From: Paragordius varius
Taxonomy: Eukaryota; Animalia; Nematomorpha
Length of the DNA: 64,000 bases
Assembly: GCA_964247055.1 (NCBI GenBank)
Contig: OZ176051.1
Coordinates: forward strand, 1,054,001-1,118,000
Direction of reading: 5' to 3'
Shown: positions 27,321 through 42,000 of the stretch, piece after piece
How the letters are laid out: every line of letters begins with the position of its first letter
Numbering within the stretch: the stretch's first letter is position 1
Notes under the pieces: model-generated
What the model was told of the DNA's origin: nothing
The model's input: the letters and a program-made list of their open reading frames with translations, nothing else
Database searches by the model: none
Translations under genes and position numbers: made by a program

Positions 27321-29820
27321 TTAACAGTGTGTTATTTTCTTTATGCAAATGACCTAATAGTTCTGTCAGACGTGCTTGAATCATTATGGAATCAAAGGAT
27401 TAATGCTTTATATTATGTGGTTTAAAAGTTAAAAAGGAAAAACGACAAAATTTGGTAAGAAAAACTACAGATACGATTAAAAAGGTTGTATAAAAAAGAA
27501 TGTGGAGTCAAAATATTTTGGAATTTTAGCAGCAGTGATGATAATGTAAAAAATTAAACTTGTGAAAATTATCTAAGATCTCAAATGTTATATGGGACAT
27601 AAATCTTAACATAAAAGTTAAGTGTAAGGCCGATAATGCAGTTGTATAGCCAACAATGATATTAAAATGGGCTATACAGTAGAAAAGCTGGAAATAGTTA
27701 GGGTAATGTGTGGTATGATAAAGAGCAAAGTGAAGAATTAGGATTATAGAGAATCTACTGAAATAAAACATATAAACAATAAATGATACTAAATCGTCTC
27801 AGATGGTTTGGACTCATCAAGAGTAGAGATCATTTTTTATCGGTAAAAAATGATTAAAATGTGAAAGGCAAGAAGGGAAGAGTGCGTCTTAAGATGTAGT
27901 GGACACATACCCCTAAAAGAATATGGCAAGTCTTAATAACGCTAGTATCCTGTGTAGGGGCTACGGAATAGTTTACAAATGACCCCTCAATCATACCATA
28001 CGATTTAATGATAATTTTCGATTGCGGCATTTAATATTAAAACAGATTTACAATGGATGGTCATAATTAAGACTTTTTTGGAGCTAACATACAATATGCT
28101 AAAATTAACTGATTTATTTTAGCGATATTTTTGCAATGAGAGCAGCTTTCACGATTAAATTATTAGGCACATGATATGAATAATGTATAAAATTTATTAT
28201 TTATTGAGTTAAATTTTTCTAACTTTCACAGGTATATTTATATATTTTTAAATAAAAAATTCGCACTTATTTGTATTATAATACAATGTAAATAAATGAT
28301 AACATCATATTCCCCCATAGTAAAGCGATCAGGGAAATTTCGTTGTTGTTATGGATATATGGATATAAGTGTGGTTATTATCGGTGCTGTATTTTGTTGC
28401 TATCTTTTGTTGGTATGCCTATCGTCGTTAATTGCATTTCATGATTTGCGGCTTCAACTTGTTGTGGGCTAGAAACCATTAATCTTTACTCCTGGCATTT
28501 TTTGTATATAAATTTTTTTTAAAAAATCACATAAATTTTATTCAATAAAACTTTTTTTGCAATTATAATTGTTTATTGCTAAATACTTGTCGTTTAATCC
28601 GGTAACCTAAAATTTTTGATTTCAAAATTTAGTTAGTGTAACTAAAACCCGGTATTGAGAATTTAATACATAAGAAATATTTGGAAAGTTTTAATTTAAA
28701 AGGTGTTAATAATCTCACGATGTAAATTTTAATAATAATTTTGATTATATTTTTAGATAGTTCATTCATTAACTTGGGTGGAGTTAAAATATTTTAATAC
28801 AGTAGCGTATGCAGCAAAAGATTGTTAGTGCAAAATATTCTAAAAAACACAAAATAGGGGGATATTATGGATATGTTTATAAATAAGACTGAATGATAAT
28901 CAAAATATAAAAATTGAGAACATTTGGTCGGCACATTTGGTATTGAAAAACTAATAAAATTTTTGTGATAAATATTTATGATGTTTTTTTTTGAAAATTT
29001 ATTAAATGTTTATGAATACTCATAGGAAAATGAAGCCACAATACCAAATATTCAACAAACTTCTAGAAATGTATTGCAGGATATATCCAATTTAGATAAC
29101 GTTACTTGAAGATAAGATGTTGTAAAACTACAAAAAAAATTAAGAAATCTATAGCAGTTAATAATGTTTAGAGGTTAATAAAAAATAATATAAGTAATGC
29201 ATTTAAGAAGTAAACTTGTTTGATTTATTTCTAACCCAAATTTTAAAAATATTTTAAATTTTCACCTCACGCTTATTCAGTTTTAAATAGATCGAGAAAA
29301 GCAAGTAATAATTTAAATAAGGATCTTGTATAATTTCTAATTGTATTTATATACAGTTCCATAATTCAAATCACGGAATGTTCTACCATTAAATGAAAAA
29401 TTAACATTTTTTTATAAGAAATCTGGGAAATAATGTTTCACTAATATTTTTACAATTTTTCATCGCAATTTTACAAACCCAAATGCGCATTTTTACATAT
29501 ACCAAGATTGTCCCCTGATTTTGTATACACTATCCATGATAACCCCCTGTTTTGTGTTTTTTAGATTATTGCGCACTAACAATCTGTTACTGCATATGCT
29601 ACTGTATAAGTTTTTAGTTATTAAATAATTTTGAATAAATATCTCATTTTCACTGAATATCTTTGTTCACTTATGTGATAAAATGAGTTTATTCAAAAAA
29701 ACATGCTTCTGTCATCTTTTTAAGACATTCATTGCCATCTATACAAAGTTTGACCTATTTCATCCATTAGTTTTAAAATATATTAATTAAGAAAAAAGCT
29801 CTGCTAACGATGTAAATATT
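25545..29820 (-). repeat. Right arm of the giant inverted repeat (continues at 46134-47460 after the gaps)
   Basis: Mirror ORFs (17960+/27526-, 18763+/26802-) and continuous reverse-complement similarity to the left arm. Confidence 0.9.
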
Positions 29821-30020
29821 NNNNNNNNNNNNNNNNNNNNNNNNNNNNNNNNNNNNNNNNNNNNNNNNNNNNNNNNNNNNNNNNNNNNNNNNNNNNNNNN
29901 NNNNNNNNNNNNNNNNNNNNNNNNNNNNNNNNNNNNNNNNNNNNNNNNNNNNNNNNNNNNNNNNNNNNNNNNNNNNNNNNNNNNNNNNNNNNNNNNNNNN
30001 NNNNNNNNNNNNNNNNNNNN
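29821..30020. other. Assembly gap (200 N)
   Basis: Run of exactly 200 N. Confidence 1.
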
Positions 30021-33000
30021 TCATTGCAAAAATATCGCTAAAATAAATCAGTTAATTTTAGCATATTGTATGTTAGCTCCAAAAAAGTCTTAATTATGAC
30101 CATCCATTGTAAATCTGTTTTAATATTAAATGCCGCAATCGAAAATTATCATTAAATCGTATGGTATGATTGAGGGGTCATTTGTAAACTATTCCGTAGC
30201 CCCTACACAGGATACTAGCGTTATTAAGACTTGCCATATTCTTTTAGGGGTATGTGTCCACTACATCTTAAGACGCACTCTTCCCTTCTTGCCTTTCACA
30301 TTTTAATCATTTTTTACCGATAAAAAATGATCTCTACTCTTGATGAGTCCAAACCATCTGAGACGATTTAGTATCATTTATTGTTTATATGTTTTATTTC
30401 AGTAGATTCTCTATAATCCTAATTCTTCACTTTGCTCTTTATCATACCACACATTACCCTAACTATTTCCAGCTTTTCTACTGTATAGCCCATTTTAATA
30501 TCATTGTTGGCTATACAACTGCATTATCGGCCTTACACTTAACTTTTATGTTAAGATTTATGTCCCATATAACATTTGAGATCTTAGATAATTTTCACAA
30601 GTTTAATTTTTTACATTATCATCACTGCTGCTAAAATTCCAAAATATTTTGACTCCACATTCTTTTTTATACAACCTTTTTAATCGTATCTGTAGTTTTT
30701 CTTACCAAATTTTGTCGTTTTTCCTTTTTAACTTTTAAACCACATAATATAAAGCATTAATCCTTTGATTCCATAATGATTCAAGCACGTCTGACAGAAC
30801 TATTAGGTCATTTGCATAAAGAAAATAACACACTGTTAATTCTTGAATTCTCAAAATCGCCCCATAAATATTAACGAATGCTGACTCCAGATACGCTGAG
30901 GTCTTCAATAATTACGGATATGCCGCACATGCATTTTATGCTAATTTTGTAATGGTCAGCTTTGCGGTAACTTTTGAAAGAGTTTCACTATCGGCAAACG
31001 GTGTCCACCATCTTATCTAAGCTTGAAATAGGCGTTATGATGTATGACAACACAAAAATATACCGCAATCATACTCATCCCTCCACTTTAGGTCCGAATA
31101 AGCCCGTTTTTACATATTTATTGTATTTTTGATTTTTTTGTTTTTTCCATATATACCCTGAATATGTGCAAGCAATTGCTCCTCCAACCCTGCTTTTTGA
31201 CCATAATAGGAATCAATACCAAATTTTTTCTTCGGTCTCAACATGGCACTTTTATTCGAGATTTACCTTTTAACACGTTTGCCAAATCTGTAAGACAACT
31301 GCAACTTTTTCCCATAATCCTAAGTAAACCATCCGATCCAAAGTTGCCAATTAATTAAGAAAGATCAATTCGTATGAATTTTTCCCTCCTTTGTGTTGCG
31401 ATTGATTCGATCCTCCCGCACCGATGAAACTTAACACATGAATCTAGCAATGTCGGATGAGTGACCTTGATGCAATCTACAAAGCCACCGTAGTCTTATA
31501 TAGCAAATCATCTAGTTTGCGTCTGTTACTTAGTCTATACACAGTTACATTATCGTATTTAGAGATGTTCTCAAAGCTTCTAATGCCGGAGTTAATAAAG
31601 CTGTCTAGTATCGAGACATCCTGTAGGTTAGTTTATCACCATCTGTACAGAGTTACAAGGAACATAATAAGATGCTTTTTAAAGATGCAATTCCGCAGCA
31701 CGCGCAAGAAGAAATTTCATATTCTCGCTAATTGTAATCGGTTGGTTATTACCTTAGACATCCCCCTACCCCAGCTGTTTAACCCCAAATATAAAAAGCT
31801 GTGTACATCCTCGATCATCGATCTTCTCAATACAATCAGCGGGTAACTACGTCCGGAGTGATACCTGATAGTTACACTTGGGTTTTTTAGGTTAAAATAA
31901 AACGTCAAACATCCGGAGTGTACTATCAAGTTCCACTCGATTCCGTTCATCACGAGAGTGTCACAGGAAAACTATATCCACAAAGACAAGTAATGTCCGC
32001 ACCCTATTTTGCTTCGAAGTCAAGCCACTGAGAATTGAATCTAGAGGTTGTTTCGAATGCTTTCCGAAATAATGGAAATAATCGCTTCTCTTAGATGCCC
32101 TTTTCAGAAATCTTCAAAGAGTAGGTGACCCCTGCACCCTTGCCACAGCATTCCAAGTTAACCCAGTCCTCGCTATTTGACTTGACCCTAGCCTTGTTTC
32201 CTAACCCCAAGCCGCGCCCGTTAGCCAAATACTTTTAGGTACATCCGCATTGAACTAGGAATTTGAGAGTGTTTGATGTGGCTTACACTCAAAGCTCCAT
32301 CTAAATAGGGAAAGACGGCATGGGTAGCTTTCTCCATATAGATTTTATTCATCTCATCATATGTAATTGTGGTCCTAAGATTTCACAACCCACACGCGTA
32401 TCGGTCATGACTCCAAAGTTTCTAAAACGAGCATCAACCACCCGTTTAAGATTTTTCCCCCAACATTAAATAAAGAGGCGGTATGATTTAGGGTCTTCCT
32501 GCTTACTTTTAGGTTTATATATTGCAGATATCCAGAGCCTTCGTTCTTCGGGTACTACGCCCGACGTCCAAACTACCTTAAAATTCCTTCCAATGGCTTA
32601 ACACAGTATGATTCGATTGTAACATTATCGATACCGCACGCTTAACGAAATTTCATCGAACGGATTTAAGCTTTTTTCAGCCAAATAAAGTGCGCTGAAC
32701 AAGCCCGATGGTGGGAGACCATAGTCATCACTTGTGTGCAAGGCTTCATAAAATATATACAGGAACCGGTATCCGCACCCTTGGCTAAATTACGCCTTCT
32801 GTCCGTAGCCAACTTTAACCCAATTAAATTGTCACACTTAGCCTCCTTGATGCAGCAGAGCGTTCTCGCCATTAGATTCTCCACTTCTTCCGCCTTCGTA
32901 TGAGTTCCAAAATTGCCCTTATTACTTGCTTATTAAGAGTTTTGTGAGTCAGTTGCGAAATCGTGCTTTTCCTTTATCATCTCTGACACCTTATCTCATC

Positions 33001-36000
33001 TGCACCACCCCAGACTGGAAGTATATTGACCTGTGTACACCCAATATAGCTTTTGGTTTTTTTGAAATAGTTGAACTTTTCCTCTACATTTCTATGATCT
33101 TAACCTTTGATTAATTTAGGTTTAACATCCTTATCGTACCCTTATTACAATATTGCTTAGCAGTTTGTCTTGCCTTCTCATGACCACATTTTCGTAGTTT
33201 CACAGGTTCTTAACGCTTTATGGATCATATAATAAGACATTTGTCACTAACCGACCGCCCACTTTGGATACCATTTGATCGTGATTGACCTTCCCGTTCG
33301 GATTTACCCAACTTTTTATTTACCAAAATGATTTGCTGTACTTACATTCGGTATCTTTCAGCCCTGCCTTTAGACACACATACATTACCGCTTTCCGATA
33401 TCGGCCTTGATTCTGTTTGCAATTATATTATAGTGATATACAGAATCACAATGGAGAGCGTCAAGACCTATTGGCGCATTGAAATCGCTTAGCACAATGA
33501 GGCTCTACCCACAACATTTGACACATTTACAGAGTTTTTTTAAAGAAAGCGCCTTAACTTCCCAGGTCATTAGGGTTGAATCATAAACCGACAACAGCGT
33601 AAACTTCTTTCATATTGTAAGTTTCAATCTTGTTTTTCGAGAACAACTAAGGTAAACATTTTCAACGCTTGAAACCCACAGCCGCCTATTCCATTCGTAC
33701 AGGGACTGAATAGTGGCATAAGCCACTACACATATATTCAGTAGGTAATGAAATACGGTGATCTTGTATTGCAATGACTGCAATATTCTATATCTCGCGC
33801 ATACGAACACAAGTTGGTTTATTAACTGATCCATGAGAATACCAACATTTAAACCGCCAAACTGTACGGGTACACTCTTTGACCTTGGTTGCAAAAACAT
33901 AATCATTACATGACGAACTAATGGCTTTAGAAGTAGAGTAAGAAGTTTGTAATGTGTCATGATTTGTATTTGTATGTTTTAGTATTTTCATATACATTGA
34001 TTAGCAGCTGTGCCTTGGCAGCTTAAGGTGTGCTATTTTAGCAACGCTCGTCTAACACCTATATCGCCGGGCATTGATATTCACATCCTATTCACCTATC
34101 GCAATTACTGAGATTAACATAGGGTTGCCCCACAGCAGCACTGCATAGCAGAATATTATCAAAATAATGCAGGCTGACCAGGCACTTGCAAAAGTAGAAA
34201 GCTAGACTTCATCTGTCGTTAGCCGACCCGATTTGGAGCAGACTACCGAAGCCGCCATACCACTTGTTTACATCCCATGCATGTTGGTAACATCACATGA
34301 GGATTTCATTATCTCGACCACTAACGACCATTCTTTCCACATGCGTAATTTTACAAACTCAAGGACAGAGTTGTACAACGGCCACAGCCATTTCCACCTC
34401 GTCACCAACTAAGACACAGTCAAAGTCTGCACGGACCCATCAATATTCCATCCCTGTTAGTCCCCGATCTCATATACCCTTTTTCGAATGTATGTTCCCA
34501 GCTTAGATCCCGTTCGCCGTCATTCAAACACTGACATTGCCCAATGATCGACGCGGGGTAAGAAAATGACTCATAGTTTCAAACGTTTTTGAATATTGTT
34601 AAATGCCATGCAAGTCCTTTTTCCTTTCAATAATTTCTTCTAACTGGATGATGGAATCTAAAGAGAAAAATTTAAGAGATTAATGAATGTTAGAAATTTT
34701 GATTATTTTAATATTTTTTATGTTTGGATTTATTTTAATATCAAAATTCTTTTCTTTAAAATCAGCACAAAGCTCACCCTTATTTAAAACCTATAAATTT
34801 AGGCTATTATTCTCCATTTGGTACTTTCTAGCTTAATTGTATGAGACATCAATTTTATCCCTGTGTGAGTGTTATGGCTTACTTTCGGACGGTATTATTC
34901 TCACGTAAATGTATTATTAAAAATATAATTAAATATCTGACATCAAAAAATATTTTTTGAATCTCTGTTTAAAAATAAACCAGGGAAATTTGATGAAACT
35001 ATTTTATGGCATTTAGGAGCGTAGTAAAAACGGTGAAAAAAACACTCATTCTATATTCGATGATGCTGAATATCTCTGTTACAGTCAAATAAATGAGTTA
35101 TACGTTTTCAAATTTAATAAATAAATTGTTTTTTCACAAATTGTTGCTAAAATATAAAACGAAAAATTTTTTGTGAGATGATGTTTAGGGTCATTTAATA
35201 TATAATTTTCTAGCGTATGGAACTATTTTATTTAGGTTTCAAATGCTAAAATATAAAATTCGCCTCAATAAAATTTTGCCAAAGTATGCATTTTTTTCTA
35301 AAAAATTTCGATGTCATATGGCATATATTACAAATTATTATAGTGCAACAGCATTGTGAACATCTAGAAAACTAGCCCCTTTTGATTAGAGCCAAAAAAA
35401 ACTTTTGAAGCTTCCACAAAATAATAGAATTCGATATAAATTTTATTAAATATAGATCATGAACCATTATGATAACGTTTTTAAAACAAATTATTTAGCT
35501 TTGACCAAATGTTATTATAATTTTCGAGAATTTTACAATTTTAGATACCGAAATTAGGACAAAAGAATTTTTTTAATAGGCCTAAACTGTCATACAAGAT
35601 ATTTTGTGCAATGTGTTTAACTAGAGTTTTATTTTACGAAACCTTTAAAGTCCATAGGGATGGTTTTAACCCGCCCGAAACAAAAACTTAATTTCCGAAT
35701 AAATACCAATATAAGAAAAACTACAATAACTAATTGCTCCATATCGACCAATTACAACATTATTTGTATAAAATTTTAGTTTTAAAAAGCGTTTATTAAA
35801 ATCCATAAAATATAAGGCGCAGGATTAGGGGGAAATCGAAATTGTATAAAAAATGCACTGAATAATCTTTTCATATTTAAATTACCATTTAAAGATGTAT
35901 TTTTATAGCTATTTATATACATTCCACATTATTTACCGGCAAAAATATGAGGTGTAGCTGTTTTTTACTAAGATACATTTATGAATTTCATAAAGAAGAT

Positions 36001-39000
36001 TTTCCCTATATCCATTATTTCCAACATCATATTAGGAATTTCATTATATTTAAAATGGACATTTATAACATCCTCATTTATATTAACATTCCATTACCTT
36101 TTGGGGTAGTTTTATATCCCAGGGCGATTGAATATATAAAAATATTGTATTAAGCCGAAATTAAAAAAACTCTCTTTAAGATTTATTTCGCATTTAACAA
36201 TTTTATGTAAAATTCTAAAAAAAATATTCTCTTTTTTGGCGCCTTTTTTCTATAATTTTTTACAATCGATATTACAATAAGCAATAACTGTATAGTATGC
36301 CATCAAAAACTTGATATATTTTGATTTCATAATCACTAGTTCGTTAAATCTTGTTTTGGAGCCGTATTTTAGACTCTAATAGTCACCAAAAGTAAAAAAT
36401 ATACGCTTTTTTATAATCCATGACAACTATGTTTAATAATAAAATCTGGGATATAAAACTACCCCAAAAGGTATTCTGACCCAAAAAGTGAAAAAGGTAT
36501 GCAGTATTAAATAAATTTATTTAAATTTAGTAGTTATTTCAATACTTGTTCGCACTTTAGATAAAATTATTAAGGGTGATTTAAATTTGGGTTTAGTATT
36601 TTTTTTTTTGATATAAAATTTTTTAACAACTCTTACTAATATTAGCGAAACATTTATGCATCCAATTATTTAATATACATATAATTGATTTGCATCTATG
36701 CAGCGATGTTTTGTGAACAATTTTAGTTTTATTGGTGAAATAAGATGGATTTAAATATACATTAATAAAAATATTTTAGTGAATTTTTAAACATAAAACC
36801 GCAACTCTTATTTTGATTTATTAAATTTGATTTGAAAATTCACCAAAATTAAGTTACCAAACATTCGTAATTCTCAAATTGTTCAGCATAATCGAATTTA
36901 GAAAAGCATTTTAATAATATATACGGCAATATGCCGTTTCCATCCTGCTTTAAAGTACTATGAAGTACTCTTCAATAAATTGCTAAAAATTATTTTAAAA
37001 AGGTAGCCACTTTTATAAATATTTTCAGATGCTGTCCAAATTTAAACTTTTTATTGTATCTCCATTTTGCCTTTTTTTAAAAGAACTGGTCCATATTAGT
37101 ATAGCTCAAAATTTTGGGACTTTCCACATCTATAAAATAATTTTTTTAAAAAAATTGATTTGTTTTTTATATGACGTTTATGATATATTTTGGTGAAATT
37201 TTTTGAAAAGAAGCCTTTATTCACCAAAAAATATATTTAAAAATGAATTTACTGATACGGAGCACTTACTACAAAAGTGTAAATAACTTTCTTAACATAC
37301 ACACAATTATTTCAGTCTTTTTCAAATTTGTTATTAAACCATGGCAAAAGTTTGCACGCATATAACATAAATAAACGGTGGGAAATCATTCAAATATACT
37401 TGATGTTACTCATTTAAAGTATAGCCGAAAGGTAAAAATTAAGTCCTAAAATAAAAATGGCCTCGAAATAGTTTGATATATTTAAAAAAACTAAATTTTA
37501 ATTAATATTTTAGATTATTAATATATATTAGGATAGAAGCATAAATTGTAATTGGGATTGTTTCTTTCGATAGTTTTTTAAATATATCAATTTTAAACTA
37601 GTGTATTTAGATACCTCTTAAATGCAAATGTATCACTCGTATTAAACCAAAATCACCATGATAATCTTGTTACATTTTCAATCAGAATATATGTATTTGA
37701 TAAGGTTGCTTTTTACACCTCCGGTTATGGACGCAGTGTATTGGGTGACTTAATGCTATTGGCACTGACTCAACCTATCAAAAAGATGGTGCAAACGGAC
37801 CTGTTATAAAAAACGATAGAGGCGGCGCCTTAACTTTTGCATGAATCACAAGCTATTCATCTCAAATTGTTTATTCCACCCACCCAAAAGACGGATTTAC
37901 ACATGGATTTAAACCTGTGTCAAACATAGATATTATTATGAAAATATACTAGCTGTTAAGCATTTGGAAGGAATGTTAAGGTAGTTTGGACGTCGGGCGT
38001 AGTACCCGAAGAACGAAGGCTCTGGATATCTGCAATATATAAACCTAAAAGTAAGCAGGAAGACCCTAAATCATACCGCCTCTTTATTTAATGTTGGCGG
38101 AAAAATCTTAAACGGGTGGTTGATGCTCGTTTTAGAAACTTTGGAGTCATGTCCGATACGCGTGTGGGTTGTGAAATCTTAGGACCACAATCCACCTGAT
38201 ACATATGATGAGATGAATAAAATCTATATGGATAAGTTACACATGCCGTCTTTCCCTATTTAGATGGAGCTTTGGCTGTAAGCCACATCAAACACTCTTA
38301 AAATTCATAGTTCAATGCGAATGTACCCAAAAGTATTTGGCTAACGGACGCGGCTTGGGGTTAGGCAACAAGGCTAGGGTCAAGTCAAATAGCGAGGACT
38401 GGGTTAACTTGGAATGCTGTGGCAAGGGTGCAGGGGTCACCTACTCTTTAACATTTTCTGAAAAGGGCATTTAAGAGAAGCGATTATTTCCATTATTTCG
38501 GAAAGCATTCGAAACAACCTCTAGAGTCAATTCTCAGTGGCTTGATTTCGAAGCAAAATAGGGTTGCGGACATTACTTGTCTTTGTGGATATAGTTTTCC
38601 TGTGACACTCTCGTGATGAACGGAATCGAGTGGAACTTGATAGTACACTCCGGATGTTTGACGTTTTTATTTTAACCTAAAAAACCCAAGTGTAACTATC
38701 AGGTATCACTCCGGACGTAGTTACCCGCTGATTGTATTGAGAAGATCGATGATCGAGGATGTACACAGCTTTTTATATTTGGGGTTAAACAGCTGGGGTA
38801 GGGGGATGTCTAAGGTAATAACCAACCGATTACAATTAGCGAGAATATGAAATTTCTTCTTGCGCGTGCTGCGGAATTGCATCTTTAAAAAGCATCTTAT
38901 TATGTTCCTTGTAACTCTGTACAGATGGTGATAAACTAACCTACAGGATGTCTCGATACTAGACAGCTTTATTAACTCCGGCATTAGAAGCTTTGAGAAC

Positions 39001-42000
39001 ATCTCTAAATACGATAATGTAACTGTGTATAGACTAAGTAACAGACGCAAACTAGATGATTTGCTATATAAGACTACGGTGGCTTTGTAGATTGCATCAA
39101 GGTCACTCATCCGACATTGCTAGATTCATGTGTTAAGTTTCATCGGTGCGGGAGGATCGAATCAATCGCAACACAAAGGAGGGAAAAATTCATACGAATT
39201 GATCTTTCTTAATTAATTGGCAACTTTGGATCGGATGGTTTACTTAGGATTATGGGAAAAAGTTGCAGTTGTCTTACAGATTTGGCAAACGTGTTAAAAG
39301 GTAAATCTCGAATAAAAGTGCCATGTTGAGACCGAAGAAAAAATTTGGTATTGATTCCTATTATGGTCAAAAAGCAGGGTTGGAGGAGCAATTGCTTGCA
39401 CATATTCAGGGTATATATGGAAAAAACAAAAAAATCAAAAATACAATAAATATGTAAAAACGGGCTTATTCGGACCTAAAGTGGAGGGATGAGTATGATT
39501 GCGGTATATTTTTGTGTTGTCATACATCATAACGCCTATTTCAAGCTTAGATAAGATGGTGGACACCGTTTGCCGATAGTGAAACTCTTTCAAAAGTTAC
39601 CGCAAAGCTGACCATTACAAAATTAGCATAAAATGCATGTGCGGCATATCCGTAATTATTGAAGACCTCAGCGTATCTGGAGTCAGCATTCGTTAATATT
39701 TATGGGGCGATTTTGAGAATTCAAGAATTAACAGTGTGTTATTTTCTTTATGCAAATGACCTAATAGTTCTGTCAGACGTGCTTGAATCATTATGGAATC
39801 AAAGGATTAATGCTTTATATTATGTGGTTTAAAAGTTAAAAAGGAAAAACGACAAAATTTGGTAAGAAAAACTACAGATACGATTAAAAAGGTTGTATAA
39901 AAAAGAATGTGGAGTCAAAATATTTTGGAATTTTAGCAGCAGTGATGATAATGTAAAAAATTAAACTTGTGAAAATTATCTAAGATCTCAAATGTTATAT
40001 GGGACATAAATCTTAACATAAAAGTTAAGTGTAAGGCCGATAATGCAGTTGTATAGCCAACAATGATATTAAAATGGGCTATACAGTAGAAAAGCTGGAA
40101 ATAGTTAGGGTAATGTGTGGTATGATAAAGAGCAAAGTGAAGAATTAGGATTATAGAGAATCTACTGAAATAAAACATATAAACAATAAATGATACTAAA
40201 TCGTCTCAGATGGTTTGGACTCATCAAGAGTAGAGATCATTTTTTATCGGTAAAAAATGATTAAAATGTGAAAGGCAAGAAGGGAAGAGTGCGTCTTAAG
40301 ATGTAGTGGACACATACCCCTAAAAGAATATGGCAAGTCTTAATAACGCTAGTATCCTGTGTAGGGGCTACGGAATAGTTTACAAATGACCCCTCAATCA
40401 TACCATACGATTTAATGATAATTTTCGATTGCGGCATTTAATATTAAAACAGATTTACAATGGATGGTCATAATTAAGACTTTTTTGGAGCTAACATACA
40501 ATATGCTAAAATTAACTGATTTATTTTAGCGATATTTTTGCAATGAGAGCAGCTTTCACGATTAAATTATTAGGCACATGATATGAATAATGTATAAAAT
40601 TTATTATTTATTGAGTTAAATTTTTCTAACTTTCACAGGTATATTTATATATTTTTAAATAAAAAATTCGCACTTATTTGTATTATAATACAATGTAAAT
40701 AAATGATAACATCATATTCCCCCATAGTAAAGCGATCAGGGAAATTTCGTTGTTGTTATGGATATATGGATATAAGTGTGGTTATTATCGGTGCTGTATT
40801 TTGTTGCTATCTTTTGTTGGTATGCCTATCGTCGTTAATTGCATTTCATGATTTGCGGCTTCAACTTGTTGTGGGCTAGAAACCATTAATCTTTACTCCT
40901 GGCATTTTTTGTATATAAATTTTTTTTAAAAAATCACATAAATTTTATTCAATAAAACTTTTTTTGCAATTATAATTGTTTATTGCTAAATACTTGTCGT
41001 TTAATCCGGTAACCTAAAATTTTTGATTTCAAAATTTAGTTAGTGTAACTAAAACCCGGTATTGAGAATTTAATACATAAGAAATATTTGGAAAGTTTTA
41101 ATTTAAAAGGTGTTAATAATCTCACGATGTAAATTTTAATAATAATTTTGATTATATTTTTAGATAGTTCATTCATTAACTTGGGTGGAGTTAAAATATT
41201 TTAATACAGTAGCGTATGCAGCAAAAGATTGTTAGTGCAAAATATTCTAAAAAACACAAAATAGGGGGATATTATGGATATGTTTATAAATAAGACTGAA
41301 TGATAATCAAAATATAAAAATTGAGAACATTTGGTCGGCACATTTGGTATTGAAAAACTAATAAAATTTTTGTGATAAATATTTATGATGTTTTTTTTTG
41401 AAAATTTATTAAATGTTTATGAATACTCATAGGAAAATGAAGCCACAATACCAAATATTCAACAAACTTCTAGAAATGTATTGCAGGATATATCCAATTT
41501 AGATAACGTTACTTGAAGATAAGATGTTGTAAAACTACAAAAAAAATTAAGAAATCTATAGCAGTTAATAATGTTTAGAGGTTAATAAAAAATAATATAA
41601 GTAATGCATTTAAGAAGTAAACTTGTTTGATTTATTTCTAACCCAAATTTTAAAAATATTTTAAATTTTCACCTCACGCTTATTCAGTTTTAAATAGATC
41701 GAGAAAAGCAAGTAATAATTTAAATAAGGATCTTGTATAATTTCTAATTGTATTTATATACAGTTCCATAATTCAAATCACGGAATGTTCTACCATTAAA
41801 TGAAAAATTAACATTTTTTTATAAGAAATCTGGGAAATAATGTTTCACTAATATTTTTACAATTTTTCATCGCAATTTTACAAACCCAAATGCGCATTTT
41901 TACATATACCAAGATTGTCCCCTGATTTTGTATACACTATCCATGATAACCCCCTGTTTTGTGTTTTTTAGATTATTGCGCACTAACAATCTGTTACTGC

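Noticed and set aside
17960-40178. Recurrent 64-129 aa ORFs (MFYFSR.., MCKQLL.., MSDLDA..) appearing two to four times
   Set aside because: They are antisense or off-frame readings of RTE relics, multiplied by the inverted repeat and the redundant contig.
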